Source: Candidatus Kerfeldbacteria bacterium
GTDB lineage: Bacteria; Patescibacteriota; Patescibacteriia; UBA10025; JAHIVO01
Assembly (NCBI GenBank): GCA_047946875.1
Contig: CP181398.1
Span: 777,041-841,040, forward strand
Reading direction: 5' to 3'
DNA: 64,000 nucleotides
A model generated the notes under the pieces. It was given only the letters and a program-made list of their open reading frames with translations, was not told the origin of the DNA and did no database searches. Both the position numbers and the translations under genes were made by a program. Positions 38,901 through 45,713 of this stretch are shown in pieces. Position 1 is the first letter of the stretch. Each line of letters starts with the position of its first letter.

Positions 38901-41270
38901 ACTTGATCCACTACCAACGCCCGTAGAGAAAGTATGACTATGAGTTGCCGCGCCACCACTAGTAGAAAATGCAGATGCTCCTCTTACAAAATCACCATCA
39001 TAGGTTGTAATATTAGTCCAACCAGCTCCTGGCGTAGAATCAGCACCTAATAAATATAAATAAGTTGCATCAATAGCCATCTGCCATTGTCGTCCTTCAT
39101 CCCAAGTATCTCCTACTGAAGCTGGTCCTACAAAATAAAGAGCTGGACTTTCTTCTGGAGTTTTAAAATTATAAGTTACTTCTATAGATTCCCCTGCCTT
39201 AATAGTTCTATTCCAAGATAAGGTATTTAATATTTCTGTACCCGAATCATATTTACCCAAAGAAGCATCACCATAATCTTTTAATTCATAATCACTGTTC
39301 ACAATTTCTTTAATTTCACCAACGATATCTTCATAAGCAGTAACTTTTAATGTCATTGGTTGATATATGTAAGGAAATACCCTAGTTGGACCATCTCTCT
39401 GGATTGTAAATCTTGGCGATTCTTTGATTTGAAAAGTATCCGATATCGAATTGGTACCATTATAATGAGTAGCGGTAACATTAATTTGATAAGTTCCTGG
39501 AACATCGGTTGTATAAGTAGCAAAATAATCAGGTCCATGATATTCACCCTTAATCTGGCAAAATTCACTAATTGTTATAGTTCCATCAGCTGTTTTTTTT
39601 GTTATTACATTTCCATTTGGATCAATAATATCTAACACAACATCAGCATTACAAACTATGTCACCTGCATGATCTAGAACACCAATTGAAAAAAGTGTTT
39701 CCTGACCTATTTTTTGAATAGCAAAGTCAGGATTAATAGCTAATACCCCCCAAGTAAAGTCTTGTATTATTTCCTTTATCACACCTTCCTGGTCAATAAT
39801 CATTTTGACCTGATATTTGCCTGGTTTATCAAATTTCGCGTTATCAAATGAATATTTATCAGTTTTTATCTTACCTTTATCAACCTTTTCTACTGTGTAT
39901 GTTGCCTCAATAACCTCTCCTTTTGGATTTAATAATTGTATATCAGTCACTACTCTTTGTTTTGGATCAACTCCCAAAAATGCAAAAGATGATTCTTCTT
40001 CTACATCAACTTCAATTATAGGTTTTTCATTTACCGTCAGATCATTGTCTTCGATAGTAACACTTTGTTCTATTTCTGCTACCACTTTTTCAGCTTCTTG
40101 TAACTCAATGTCAAAAAATAGTCCATCTAAATATGCCGTTGATTCTTCTGCCCCTGGAACAGCATTATAATCTAATTTAACTTGAAACTTATTAAATTCT
40201 TCTAATTCATAGATATTATCAATATCAACTTTAAAATATCCCTCATTGGTTGCATTACTCACTTCTTCATAAAGAGAAATTGATCTAGCAATCTGCCAAG
40301 TATCTCCATCATCAACAGAATATGATAAAATTACCACATCTTCATTATCGGGAAATGTATCCGCAGCAAATGAGACATATAGTGAAATTCTGGTGATCAG
40401 CGCTGTATCTAACACAGAATCTGGAATGCTATATCCCCAAGCCTTGAAAATATTATTTTGATTCGGTACTACCAACTCTGGCTCAGCAATTTCTACAACT
40501 ATATCTTCTACTTCAGTGGCAACTTCAATCTCCTCAACTAGAGGATCTGGTTTCTCAATAATTTCTATTATAGTTTCTTCTGGTTCAGTTGTAGTATCTT
40601 CAATTGGCACTTCTGGTAAATCATTAACATCTGAAGTAACAACTTCATCTATCGTACCTACTGGAATAATAATTTCGTCTTCCTCTCCCAATACTTGAAT
40701 TGGCTTGTTGTTAAAAAAAGCAGAATTATCTTTTGTGAAATTATTTTTAGGAGAGTTGGATAATAAATCTACCTTCTTAGCATTTTCTGCACTCATCCAA
40801 CCGCTTACTTCTGTTGGCTCTAAAATAATATTATAAATTTTAGATGAGTTTTCATCCGCTTGGACCATAAATATATATGTAAAAAAAGTTACCTGAATTG
40901 TTAAAAATGCAAAAGCAACTAGCGACACCGAGTAAATAAAGACGGAAAACTTTTTACTGATCCATAATAATTTTATTTTTTCAAAAGACCAACCAGGTTG
41001 AATAACATACTTACTTACTTCTGGCTCAGGTAATTTTTCTTTATCATTTTCATTTCCAAAGTTTGATTTTTTAGAAGAAGGTAGTAATTCCAAATACAAT
41101 TTTTCTACTGTTTCATTTTCATATCGTCTATCTTTTCTTACTCCGATTCTTACTGCTTTTAATTTTCCCGTTTTATCCCAATTCCGGAGTGTGTTTGGAT
41201 GAATACTAAAGATCTTACTGACTTGATCAATAGTCAATAAAGTAGGCAAAGACTTAAAATTAACCCCCAT
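26970..41270 (-). CDS. Giant (~4766-4784 aa) cell-surface protein. Domain order: N-terminal MerR/excisionase-type HTH, TM signal-anchor, acidic linker, Ig-like domains, phage-tail-collar-like HxH modules, >3000 aa of T/G/N/S-rich beta-helix-type repeats in four large modules, C-terminal ~150-aa domain shared with the 338-aa protein.
   Basis: One uninterrupted 14.3-kb ORF. The track start at 41324 is TTG; the first ATG is 41270 (MGVNFKSLPTLLTIDQVSKIFSIHPNTLRNWDKTGKLKAVRIGVRKDRRY = HTH_17-like). The only TM segment is FSVFIYSVSLVAFAFLTIQVTFFTYIFMV, 110 aa further on. The module-terminal motif ...YTF.NIDW.GSSGN...SYVDV...GTNT..NN..W.F recurs four times. Confidence 0.8.
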   Translation of the reverse strand: MGVNFKSLPTLLTIDQVSKIFSIHPNTLRNWDKTGKLKAVRIGVRKDRRYENETVEKLYLELLPSSKKSNFGNENDKEKLPEPEVSKYVIQPGWSFEKIKLLWISKKFSVFIYSVSLVAFAFLTIQVTFFTYIFMVQADENSSKIYNIILEPTEVSGWMSAENAKKVDLLSNSPKNNFTKDNSAFFNNKPIQVLGEEDEIIIPVGTIDEVVTSDVNDLPEVPIEDTTTEPEETIIEIIEKPDPLVEEIEVATEVEDIVVEIAEPELVVPNQNNIFKAWGYSIPDSVLDTALITRISLYVSFAADTFPDNEDVVILSYSVDDGDTWQIARSISLYEEVSNATNEGYFKVDIDNIYELEEFNKFQVKLDYNAVPGAEESTAYLDGLFFDIELQEAEKVVAEIEQSVTIEDNDLTVNEKPIIEVDVEEESSFAFLGVDPKQRVVTDIQLLNPKGEVIEATYTVEKVDKGKIKTDKYSFDNAKFDKPGKYQVKMIIDQEGVIKEIIQDFTWGVLAINPDFAIQKIGQETLFSIGVLDHAGDIVCNADVVLDIIDPNGNVITKKTADGTITISEFCQIKGEYHGPDYFATYTTDVPGTYQINVTATHYNGTNSISDTFQIKESPRFTIQRDGPTRVFPYIYQPMTLKVTAYEDIVGEIKEIVNSDYELKDYGDASLGKYDSGTEILNTLSWNRTIKAGESIEVTYNFKTPEESPALYFVGPASVGDTWDEGRQWQMAIDATYLYLLGADSTPGAGWTNITTYDGDFVRGASAFSTSGGAATHSHTFSTGVGSGSSSTGPDTICGRGCTLISTGAHTHTANTTTVAAADNNPAHYTYYLYRYDSLDSTPSTIPLDAFAFFKTGSEPSSPWVRFSAADSRLVKLDSSHTTGGSDTHTHGVTWGSLNAGSGSVGVFSGITPNVHDAIVHTHAAPSTPTTTASATSVPEYVTLKLYEQNGTPPSVPIGMIALFDGTPPTGWTTISNTSPYQNRYIQTADSSGTTSGSAGVAHSNTVGTSGDSAGIDGSASAGSQFATAGHKHDITLSGYNAPAHDPLQTNFILAECTSCGGGGGGYDFDGIAYTDDTEGTPITTGTSVCVAVNATAGGDCDATDSSGNFSITGVTTSAGDQLTFYIDGGSILGNTVTVSDGGDIVTGDNLRIYQNTVMVRHEQGTSINVDDMDAYDNDQNSVDMLYDAIDAITDTLVVETGIQLFVYTGHTFDPNGRITTTSVTGDFDVRGTAYLDTISNVIAGDIDVPSGGTLHVQNSTIVEANEVLVSGGTLNHTAGTFIIGNSTTEDLNMTSGAVNISGGTTDIGDDFILTGGTATISGSADVDILDRVTLDGATSVLNLNAGSVVTEVGYWVINEGDFNFNGGTHSVGPSGYFYMAPNDTGLDFTMTGSGTITTEEINLSNTALARWGTISGGTFIIDDDNSVGGIDIRKAGVSFYNIVIADTTTIDVNSLGFNVANDLTINGSQTFGTTNEALSIGGDLVINSSAVFTAGSSAISIAGDYTNGGTFTADTSTVTMTGTSSINGASDTTFNNLTIGDGTAGTVTVGGSEDPTVTGTFDIDSGDTLSLGVSNIVTLGNAGSLTLDGTISGGGLFAYQPSSAFPTTGTLSSSLRMDATFNDQILSQRTYGHQVQVYNNSTTNARTVMLGTGASQTLNFSNSLYVSAQNTQNITLDGGTYNPTVNITSVLAYGGGGSGIGIITSGTGMWTVSGAIDFTDGTYTATSGNTVVLDGSSTQTITSDSESFYNLTVTNTSGIVTGCASFTTAGIVFADAATATGTFTVNDNANVEYNSTSTYAFTNIDWTGSSGNEIYFKGSTGSSAWDLDVTNSSVVSYVDVSWSDATPGVDIDADDGTNTDCSNNTAWTFPSSNTNVAGSSNSSGTVKIAVNGVLQADSFVISASAWNVDTDPALSGGEVITVFIDTATDGDQSTAVTEYDGADDITGMVLNQNVLSVGSADTGVTLTVTQLGSYDNDQNGNIMHTANAGVLNVDEDGAYADDTIDILADDTLTMDSAGTMNAHNVTISIDGTLASDGANTYSLDGNWDNNGTFTASTSTVTMTGSPAINGSSDTTFNNLTIGDGSAGTVSIEGTDDPIVTGTLDVNTNDFLYISIDRSLTVTSTGSFTFDGYVMGNGTLVYQPSAAFPTTGAFATNIIVRFDSSSNSQTMSARDYLYVEIYGNNSSNTVTSAAGTYNVYGDLELIQGGTGATTFDLNTNDPTINFTKTITIGVNTIFSAPSSTSLTLKSDYTNNGTFTDNSGTVVLAGTVQQTLSGTMTGSSDFYNLTITNTTGSVSGCATSFTPGIDFAAAATATGTFTVNDNVKVEYNSGSTYAFTNIDWTGSSGNDIVFRNSNLTSGTWLLDVANTSVVSYVDVSRSDATDTGFQIDADDGTNTHCGNNTNWLFSDIITIGGTVYQENKSTNAGSGILVQVNVNGNNMNFGTTDGNGDYSVGSIASSSGDIVTIYLDDHGTYEGTTAFKVDGTDTADVDVYAAAVIVRNDTGASITNTNLESGDRDTGDSDIKFKVDSNNVTIDSEFELHIWTGDTYDPGGGVTTSGTGGNQYVDTGATVQGTGSLVVHGGNLTGDGTVNMTGGTVTLSTDGTIGGDSNWTFYNLSFTQLPCGEYTTTAIGTGSMTITNQLITTWDFCEVIERFHTLDAGEKTWILSGSGTTDETMPFFNEGRLIGNTSTFQYTGTGDTDIARDGSGGSYYNLELIPSGGSPSYTFEYASALANDINNNLTIGDGTNSVTIDGADNNVSLDVGGNFSCGASTNTINTGTGTWNIEGNVDLTNCDTFTATSGHTLVMDGVTPSLTAAGKSLYDFETSGTGTITLADALTTNGDVTVGTGTTLTGSNDLTANGGDITGDGVITMTGGTVTVGLPAAGNIGGNSSTWTFYDLYFDIIGACSGDRILSATGSGDIKITNTLARDTCAGAGDDVWFAKLSAAAGGAKTWEMSGSGTPITSMVIVNKTTEDSTFKFTNTGSVTVSGGGSFDNLSLDPDSGGTYDISGDISVYGDLYIKADLTDLIEGTGEVIMHGADNTIDVGGETFYDFKLDSASDVAISVINTDFTISSAYGNFGAGGTLSIGAGRTVTHTGSTFANLGTVEGAGTLRFTDTSAGPGTGGTINSIVRYDASAGNIANTTFDARTYGGDVELYGSNSSNSITAASGSYPISGDLILIQDGTGATTVDLNTNDPSLVVSGDVSIDTATTLSASSSSTLDINGNYTNNGTFTDNNGTVVLAGSSTQSLSGTMTGSSDFYNLTITNSGGTVDFGAAVETENNYTITTAGVTVEYEAGSTYTFPNINWAGSSGVGNEITFQSSTTSDWNLVVTGTQTDVSYIDVKYSYACGGDWIDASNGTNTDSGNNDCWIFDGITLTGTIYSDDGISVYDCSADPLTVHAATNGGTASEYECDSAGGTFTIPATDPTAGGDPIVLYIDNSETPHATTATLAADISSNISGLNLYQNRMIVRHENAGPMTNAKLLTGDNADAGIRYAVIAGALTTESGMELHAWTGDTFDPGGMVTTDATGGNLHIDDNATVHLDTATSIIGLDIDIDANATLNVSADATVNGDNITSAGNINVTAGTLTIGNGTTEDLIINGGTNSFSGGTVDVKDNFYVNGGTATIASAVTVAGNIWQEAGTLNFNTGANVDVTGALNMRGSNSQITNFNDGSVDVGTNINLNQGIITLAGGTVRASTVADGAIELARHNDGGETVTFNMTGGTLTGRSFIVYNEKPLTTTTVTGGTIVIDDPSGASSAQGQVYQWSDDAPEFYNLQISRGTVGTPCLLSNDASQQLLVLKGNYTLDSGIYFDAQGEAMEVQGDWTNNSGNFTPGTGSVTLTGENVASHDINGLGDTTFYDLTIGDGATTNTITVDTDTGADDPLVSNTLDVDTGDSLAIETSRTVTWTGSGFTLDGTISGAGRLTINSGTTIPTAGTLSSLVRFDTSNGNTTTMPARTYGSDVEIFNDDNSTPYTITPLATATQDIDGNLYIIADGTQNVTFAGVTNNPAFDIEGDFDFIGADDGSEIITSGTGTWTVSGNVNFTDGTYTATSGNTLVMNGTGTLTSASQTLQNLTLSGSVTLANATHTMAGNLDMTGGTVTAGTSTIDMTGATKTVTSASQTLQNFKVSGTGSVASADAMDVNGTFDIADTGVFTQEVDSNLNAAGNFTLASGTTFNNATAGTGELILDGDLTFTDNTSPQQDVGNLEIGTSPDTTDLASDLLAKTLTINDGDILNTNGYDLDIGLGGITISTDAGSGGGTLDVDDDVETDGTQMNTDGKFDLQSGASLLNSAGTNVGSTLTFNIPSSVSDITSDLITAGTGSLYNLVIDDGAGTYNLIVEVEDPLVVLNNVTITNGHLDAVSGENNAITVGGSWDNDDIFLCRSGTITFDATSGSPTIDSTGATTDDFNDITFDDTGNNITFTLESILDINNDLLITGGTLDVKSGEDNAIYLAGDWTNNDNFTDQSGTVYLDGSSQQILSGQMTGTSDRFYNLTITNAGASDPDVDFAAAADVDNNFTADTANTQLEFNAGSTYTFNNVSFNGTSGNLVTLRSSTPGTQWNLTSDGTQIVTYTDVQDSYACGGDTIDATGGTNVNSQNNDCWLFVGMTVSLSPNSIDLGTLLESLVSQDGVTLTVSTDASNGYQASVYYDNSLTSIGNTIADTTGGTIVAGTEEYGASSSRSGYDIGIWSPTSCADTGTTSNATALTTSLQTFAGATGVVSTHQTELCILGSISGLTDAGAYTSTITIVATSLY

Positions 41271-41484
41271 TTTTTTTGGGTGCTTATTTTTTTTACCTAG
41301 TTTAAACACTTTAAATATATGCAAAACTTTTTTATTATTTTAGCTTTGCTTAAGTTAGCAAAAAATTTAACTTAACTTAACAAACATAACAAAACTATTA
41401 TATAATATTATTATGATTTTGTCCAATAAAAATAACTCTCATCATCTTTATAAATGATTCGAATGATTTAAATTATGATTAAAC

Positions 41485-42195
41485 TTATTTAACTTTAGAA
41501 AACCTTAACTTAATAACATTGATAAAACTTTCCAATATTATCCCACTATTAAATTTTGAATTACCTGCTCGCCTCTCAACAAAAATGATCGGAGTCTCTA
41601 CAATTGAAAAACCTTTTTTTTCTGCTTTGTAAGATAGCTCTATCTGAAAATTATATCCGCTCGATTGAATGTTATCCAAATCTAAATTTTCCAAAACTTT
41701 TCTATTCCAACATTTATAGCCACCTGTTAGATCTTTGATAGGTGTCATTAGTATTGCCCTAACCATAGTATTGGCTAGCCAGCTAATAAATCTACGAAAC
41801 CAATTCCAATTCTCTACTCCACCGCCAGGGATATTTCTGGAACCAAGCACTACATCATATTTTTTTGCCTTGTCTAAAAAATCAGGAAGATACTTTGGCT
41901 GATGAGAAAAATCGGCATCCATTTCAAAAATATATTCGTTGCTCGGGTCTTCTAATGCTTTTTTGAAACCTGCAACATAGGCAGGGCCTAAGCCTTCTTT
42001 TTTTTCACGATGTATCACTGAAATATTTTCGTTACTATTGGCCAGTTGATCAGCAATCTGACCCGTACCATCTGGAGAATTATCATCAACAATTATTATC
42101 TTCAAATCTCTTATTCCAATAGAAAAAATTTCCTTGGTGATTGCCAAGATATTTTCCTTCTCATTATAAGTAGGTAATATAATTATCGGTCTCAT
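41485..42195 (-). CDS. Family 2 glycosyltransferase, polyprenol-phosphate mannose/glucose synthase (DPM1-like)
   Basis: 236 aa. Motifs ILPTYNE, IIVDDNSPDGT, DADFSH and GSRN are typical of Dpm1/GtrB-type GT2 enzymes. Confidence 0.8.
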   Translation of the reverse strand: MRPIIILPTYNEKENILAITKEIFSIGIRDLKIIIVDDNSPDGTGQIADQLANSNENISVIHREKKEGLGPAYVAGFKKALEDPSNEYIFEMDADFSHQPKYLPDFLDKAKKYDVVLGSRNIPGGGVENWNWFRRFISWLANTMVRAILMTPIKDLTGGYKCWNRKVLENLDLDNIQSSGYNFQIELSYKAEKKGFSIVETPIIFVERRAGNSKFNSGIILESFINVIKLRFSKVK

Positions 42196-42277
42196 AATAT
42201 TGGCATTTTAGCATAACTAATACCCCTTTTCAACTTTGACCTAAGCTGATTTTTTTATTATAATATAATAAGTTTAT

Positions 42278-43762
42278 ATGCCAAACTTAATTGATGAAAA
42301 TGAAAAAAAGATAGACACAAAGGTAGATACTAGTGTATATCATACCAAAACCAAAAATAAGAAAAAGTCGCGATGGTGGTGGTCGACTTTAATATTATTT
42401 CTGGTAATTTTTTTAATTGGCGTAGGATTTTTGTCAAAGATTGTCTTAGCAATTAATAGTACTAATAGTGAATCAGGTGAAAAAGTTAATTTTTTCGACC
42501 AAATTAGGCATCTTATAATCAACCCAGAAAAAAATATTGTTGGAGAAGAAGAGGATAGAATTAATATTCTACTTGCTGGAATTGGTGGATCGGGACATGA
42601 TGGTGCTTATTTAGCTGACACTATCATAATAGCTAGCATTAAACCGTCCACTCAGGAAGTTGCAACTATCTCAATTCCACGTGATCTATATGTAGAAATA
42701 CCTGAATATGGTTGGCGTAAAATCAATAATGCTCTGGCTTTTGGTTATATATATGATTATCCGGGTGGCGGAGAAATATTATTAAAAGAAACAATAGAAA
42801 ATTTACTAGATATTCCTATTCATTATTACGCTCGTATTGATTTTAATGGTTTTAGTCAGGTAATAGATGATGTAGGTGGTCTAGAAATTATGGTTGAAAA
42901 CAGCTTTACAGACTATTCATATCCCGATAACAACTATGGGTATCAAACAATCAGCTTTACCGAAGGATTGGAGAAAATGGATGGTGATCGCGCCCTAAAA
43001 TATGTACGTTCCCGAAAAGGAACAAATGGTGAAGGGTCGGATTTTGCAAGATCTAGAAGACAACAAATAGTATTACTTGCCCTTAGAGACAAACTAGTTT
43101 CACTAAATACCCTACTAAATCCCTCAAAAATTATTACAATCCTTGATAATTTAGGTAAACATAACAAAACCAACCTTGAAATATGGGAAATACTTGAATT
43201 AGGAAAAATGGTACAAGGATTAGATCAAAATAGTATTATTACGCAAGTTATTGACAATGGGACAAACGGTTTACTCATATCTGATCATACGATAGATGGT
43301 GCATATATTTTGAGACCAGAAAGTGGTGATTTTTTAGAAATACAATATTTAGTAAAAAACATTTTTGATAATACCTTTATAAATAAAGAAAATGCTCGTC
43401 TTGAAATCCAAAACAGCACAAAAGAGGCAGGCCTTGCTTCAAAAACAGCAGATAAACTTGAAGCGCTAAATTATACTGTCGCTGGTATTGGGAATGCTGA
43501 CACTGATACACCACTAGAAAAAACAACTATTTATGACTTGTCAGGAGGAACAAAACCATATACTATAATAAACCTTAAGAATATGTTAAATGCTGACATA
43601 TCCTCATTATTACCTCCTTTTATGGTAGAAAGTCATCCAACTTACCAAGCATTAATAGCTCCCACTACCAATAAAAATCTAAATACTAACGAAGAAGAAG
43701 TAGATATTTTGATAGTCATAGGTAGTGATCAAATCATTACTAACGAAACTGAAACTCAATAA
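42278..43762 (+). CDS. LytR-CpsA-Psr (LCP) family cell-envelope phosphotransferase with C-terminal LytR_C domain
   Basis: 494 aa. N-terminal TM; LCP core (INILLAGIGG...TIIIASI...ISIPRDLYVEIP...DGDRALKYVRSRKG...DFARSRRQQ). C-terminal domain with conserved patterns. Confidence 0.8.
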   Translation: MPNLIDENEKKIDTKVDTSVYHTKTKNKKKSRWWWSTLILFLVIFLIGVGFLSKIVLAINSTNSESGEKVNFFDQIRHLIINPEKNIVGEEEDRINILLAGIGGSGHDGAYLADTIIIASIKPSTQEVATISIPRDLYVEIPEYGWRKINNALAFGYIYDYPGGGEILLKETIENLLDIPIHYYARIDFNGFSQVIDDVGGLEIMVENSFTDYSYPDNNYGYQTISFTEGLEKMDGDRALKYVRSRKGTNGEGSDFARSRRQQIVLLALRDKLVSLNTLLNPSKIITILDNLGKHNKTNLEIWEILELGKMVQGLDQNSIITQVIDNGTNGLLISDHTIDGAYILRPESGDFLEIQYLVKNIFDNTFINKENARLEIQNSTKEAGLASKTADKLEALNYTVAGIGNADTDTPLEKTTIYDLSGGTKPYTIINLKNMLNADISSLLPPFMVESHPTYQALIAPTTNKNLNTNEEEVDILIVIGSDQIITNETETQ

Positions 43763-43777
43763 AAAAATAACCACTTT

Positions 43778-45100
43778 ATGAAAAAAAATTTACCACGCGT
43801 TGCCTTAGTTGGGAGGATAAATGCTGGCAAGTCAACTCTTTTTAATACCCTAACAGAAACCACCAAAGCAATCGTCTCGCCCGTACCAGGCACGACGCGT
43901 GATTTAAATTTATCTGATATTTCATGGCGAGACAAATCATTCACTCTTATTGATACTGGTGGTCTTGATGCCGCATACTTAGGAGAGATAGAAGGATATG
44001 TCCAGAAGAAGGCTTACGAAACTATCATGGACTCAGATCTTATTTTATATGTAATAGATGGTAAACAAGAAATCACAGCCGAAGATAGGAAAATTGCCAG
44101 GTTTCTTAAAAAAAGTAAAAAGAAAGTAATTTTAGCAATAAACAAAGTTGATGGACCAAGAATAAAAAAAAATGTTTCCCCAGACATCTTTAAACTAGGC
44201 TTCAAAGTTATTGCTTATTGTTCAGCTGCTTCTGGAGTAGGCACAGGAGATTTATTAGATACATTAATTAAACATGTACCTCTAAAAAAACTAGTTGAAC
44301 GACAGATAGACCTTCGCTTATCGATAATTGGTAAAACAAACGTAGGAAAATCATCCATCTTAAATTCATTGCTTGGAGATGACAGAGCTATAGTTACTCC
44401 CGTTCCTCACACTACTCGTGAACCACAAGATACTGAGATTAAATACAAAGGAAAAAATATTCTAATAGTTGATACCGCAGGATTAAGAAAAAAAAGAAAA
44501 CTTTCAGATGATATAGAAAAAAAGAGCGTCCTAAGAACCTATGAAGCGATAAAAAGCTCTCACATATCTTTATTCGTCGTAGATGCCGACCAACCACTTA
44601 GTAGCCAAGACCAAAATATAGCTGAACTTGCCTTGGAAAGTAAAAACGGCGTTATTATAGTTGTAAATAAATGGGATTTAATAAAAGATAAAGACCCGGC
44701 TACCATAAATAAGTTTACCAAATATTACGATCGTTTTTTACCTTGGATGGACTGGGCTCCATATATATTTACCTCTGTCAAAGAGAAAAAAAGAATTCAT
44801 AAACTATTACAATTAGCTCTAGATATACAAGCTGAACGTGAAAAAGAAATACCAGAAGAAGAACTAAAAAACATTGTCAAAAGGACGTACAGAAAGAAAG
44901 CAAAGGCAAGTCGTGGGAAAAAATCCACAGAACCAATTACTATGCAACAAAGTGGAATCAATCCCCCATTTTTCGAATTACTTGTTTACAAACCACACCT
45001 CATTCATCAGGCATATCTAAACTTATTAAAGAATAAAATCAGAGAAAAATATGGCTTCAAAGGTACGCCTATTGTAATTAATATGAAAAAAGTAAAATAA
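43778..45100 (+). CDS. der: Ribosome-biogenesis GTPase Der (EngA), two tandem GTPase domains plus KH-like C-terminus
   Basis: 440 aa. Two P-loops (GRINAGKSTLFN and GKTNVGKSSILN) and two DTGG/DTAG motifs. Confidence 0.9.
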   Translation: MKKNLPRVALVGRINAGKSTLFNTLTETTKAIVSPVPGTTRDLNLSDISWRDKSFTLIDTGGLDAAYLGEIEGYVQKKAYETIMDSDLILYVIDGKQEITAEDRKIARFLKKSKKKVILAINKVDGPRIKKNVSPDIFKLGFKVIAYCSAASGVGTGDLLDTLIKHVPLKKLVERQIDLRLSIIGKTNVGKSSILNSLLGDDRAIVTPVPHTTREPQDTEIKYKGKNILIVDTAGLRKKRKLSDDIEKKSVLRTYEAIKSSHISLFVVDADQPLSSQDQNIAELALESKNGVIIVVNKWDLIKDKDPATINKFTKYYDRFLPWMDWAPYIFTSVKEKKRIHKLLQLALDIQAEREKEIPEEELKNIVKRTYRKKAKASRGKKSTEPITMQQSGINPPFFELLVYKPHLIHQAYLNLLKNKIREKYGFKGTPIVINMKKVK

Positions 45101-45104
45101 TTAT

Positions 45105-45686
45105 ATGAAACTTATCGTCGGCTTAGGAAATCCAGGAAAAGAATATCAAAATACAAGACATAATATTGGTTTTCAAATTTTGGATACATTAAATAATCTA
45201 CCAAATTATAATCACCTTTCTTTCAATGAAGATAAAAAATTCCATGGAATTATGGCTAAAGACCAAAATATTATTTTATTTAAGCCGTCTACTTTTATGA
45301 ACAATTCTGGAGAAGCAGTGAGAGCAGTTACTGATTATTTTAAAATTAATTCAAAAGATATACTAATAATTCATGACGACCTAGATATTGATTTTGGTAA
45401 CATTAAAATCCAACAAGGTAAGTCAGCTGCTGGACACAATGGGGTATCCTCTATTATTAGTCATCTTGGCAACAATGATTTCTGGAGACTTAGATATGGG
45501 GTAGCAGGCGAATCAAGAGGTCAAATACCTGGTGATAAATACGTATTATCTAGATTTTCCGCTGAAGAAGAGATTGATCTTCCAGAAAAAACAATGATTG
45601 CTACGAATGCTGTAAAAAACTTTATTGAACAAGGAGCTGAAATAACTGCTCAAAAATATAACCAAATTGCTAAAAAAGAGGTATAA
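45105..45686 (+). CDS. pth: Peptidyl-tRNA hydrolase
   Basis: 193 aa. MKLIVGLGNPGKEY...TRHNIGF signature and conserved catalytic His in HN. Confidence 0.9.
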   Translation: MKLIVGLGNPGKEYQNTRHNIGFQILDTLNNLPNYNHLSFNEDKKFHGIMAKDQNIILFKPSTFMNNSGEAVRAVTDYFKINSKDILIIHDDLDIDFGNIKIQQGKSAAGHNGVSSIISHLGNNDFWRLRYGVAGESRGQIPGDKYVLSRFSAEEEIDLPEKTMIATNAVKNFIEQGAEITAQKYNQIAKKEV

Positions 45687-45713
45687 TAAAAACATAAATA
45701 ATAACTACTCTTT

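Noticed and set aside
41271-41324. ORF-track start of the giant gene at 41324
   Set aside because: The codon there is TTG and there is no RBS. The first ATG at 41270 still includes the HTH, so I used 41270. The HTH finding does not depend on the upstream extension.
42196-42277. Divergent strand switch (42 kb of minus-strand genes meeting 15 kb of plus-strand genes) as a possible replication origin
   Set aside because: No DnaA-box (TTATCCACA-like) clusters and no dnaA/dnaN nearby. parAB lie 18 kb away on the opposite strand. It cannot be supported from sequence alone. More likely a divergent promoter region for the GT2 and LCP genes.
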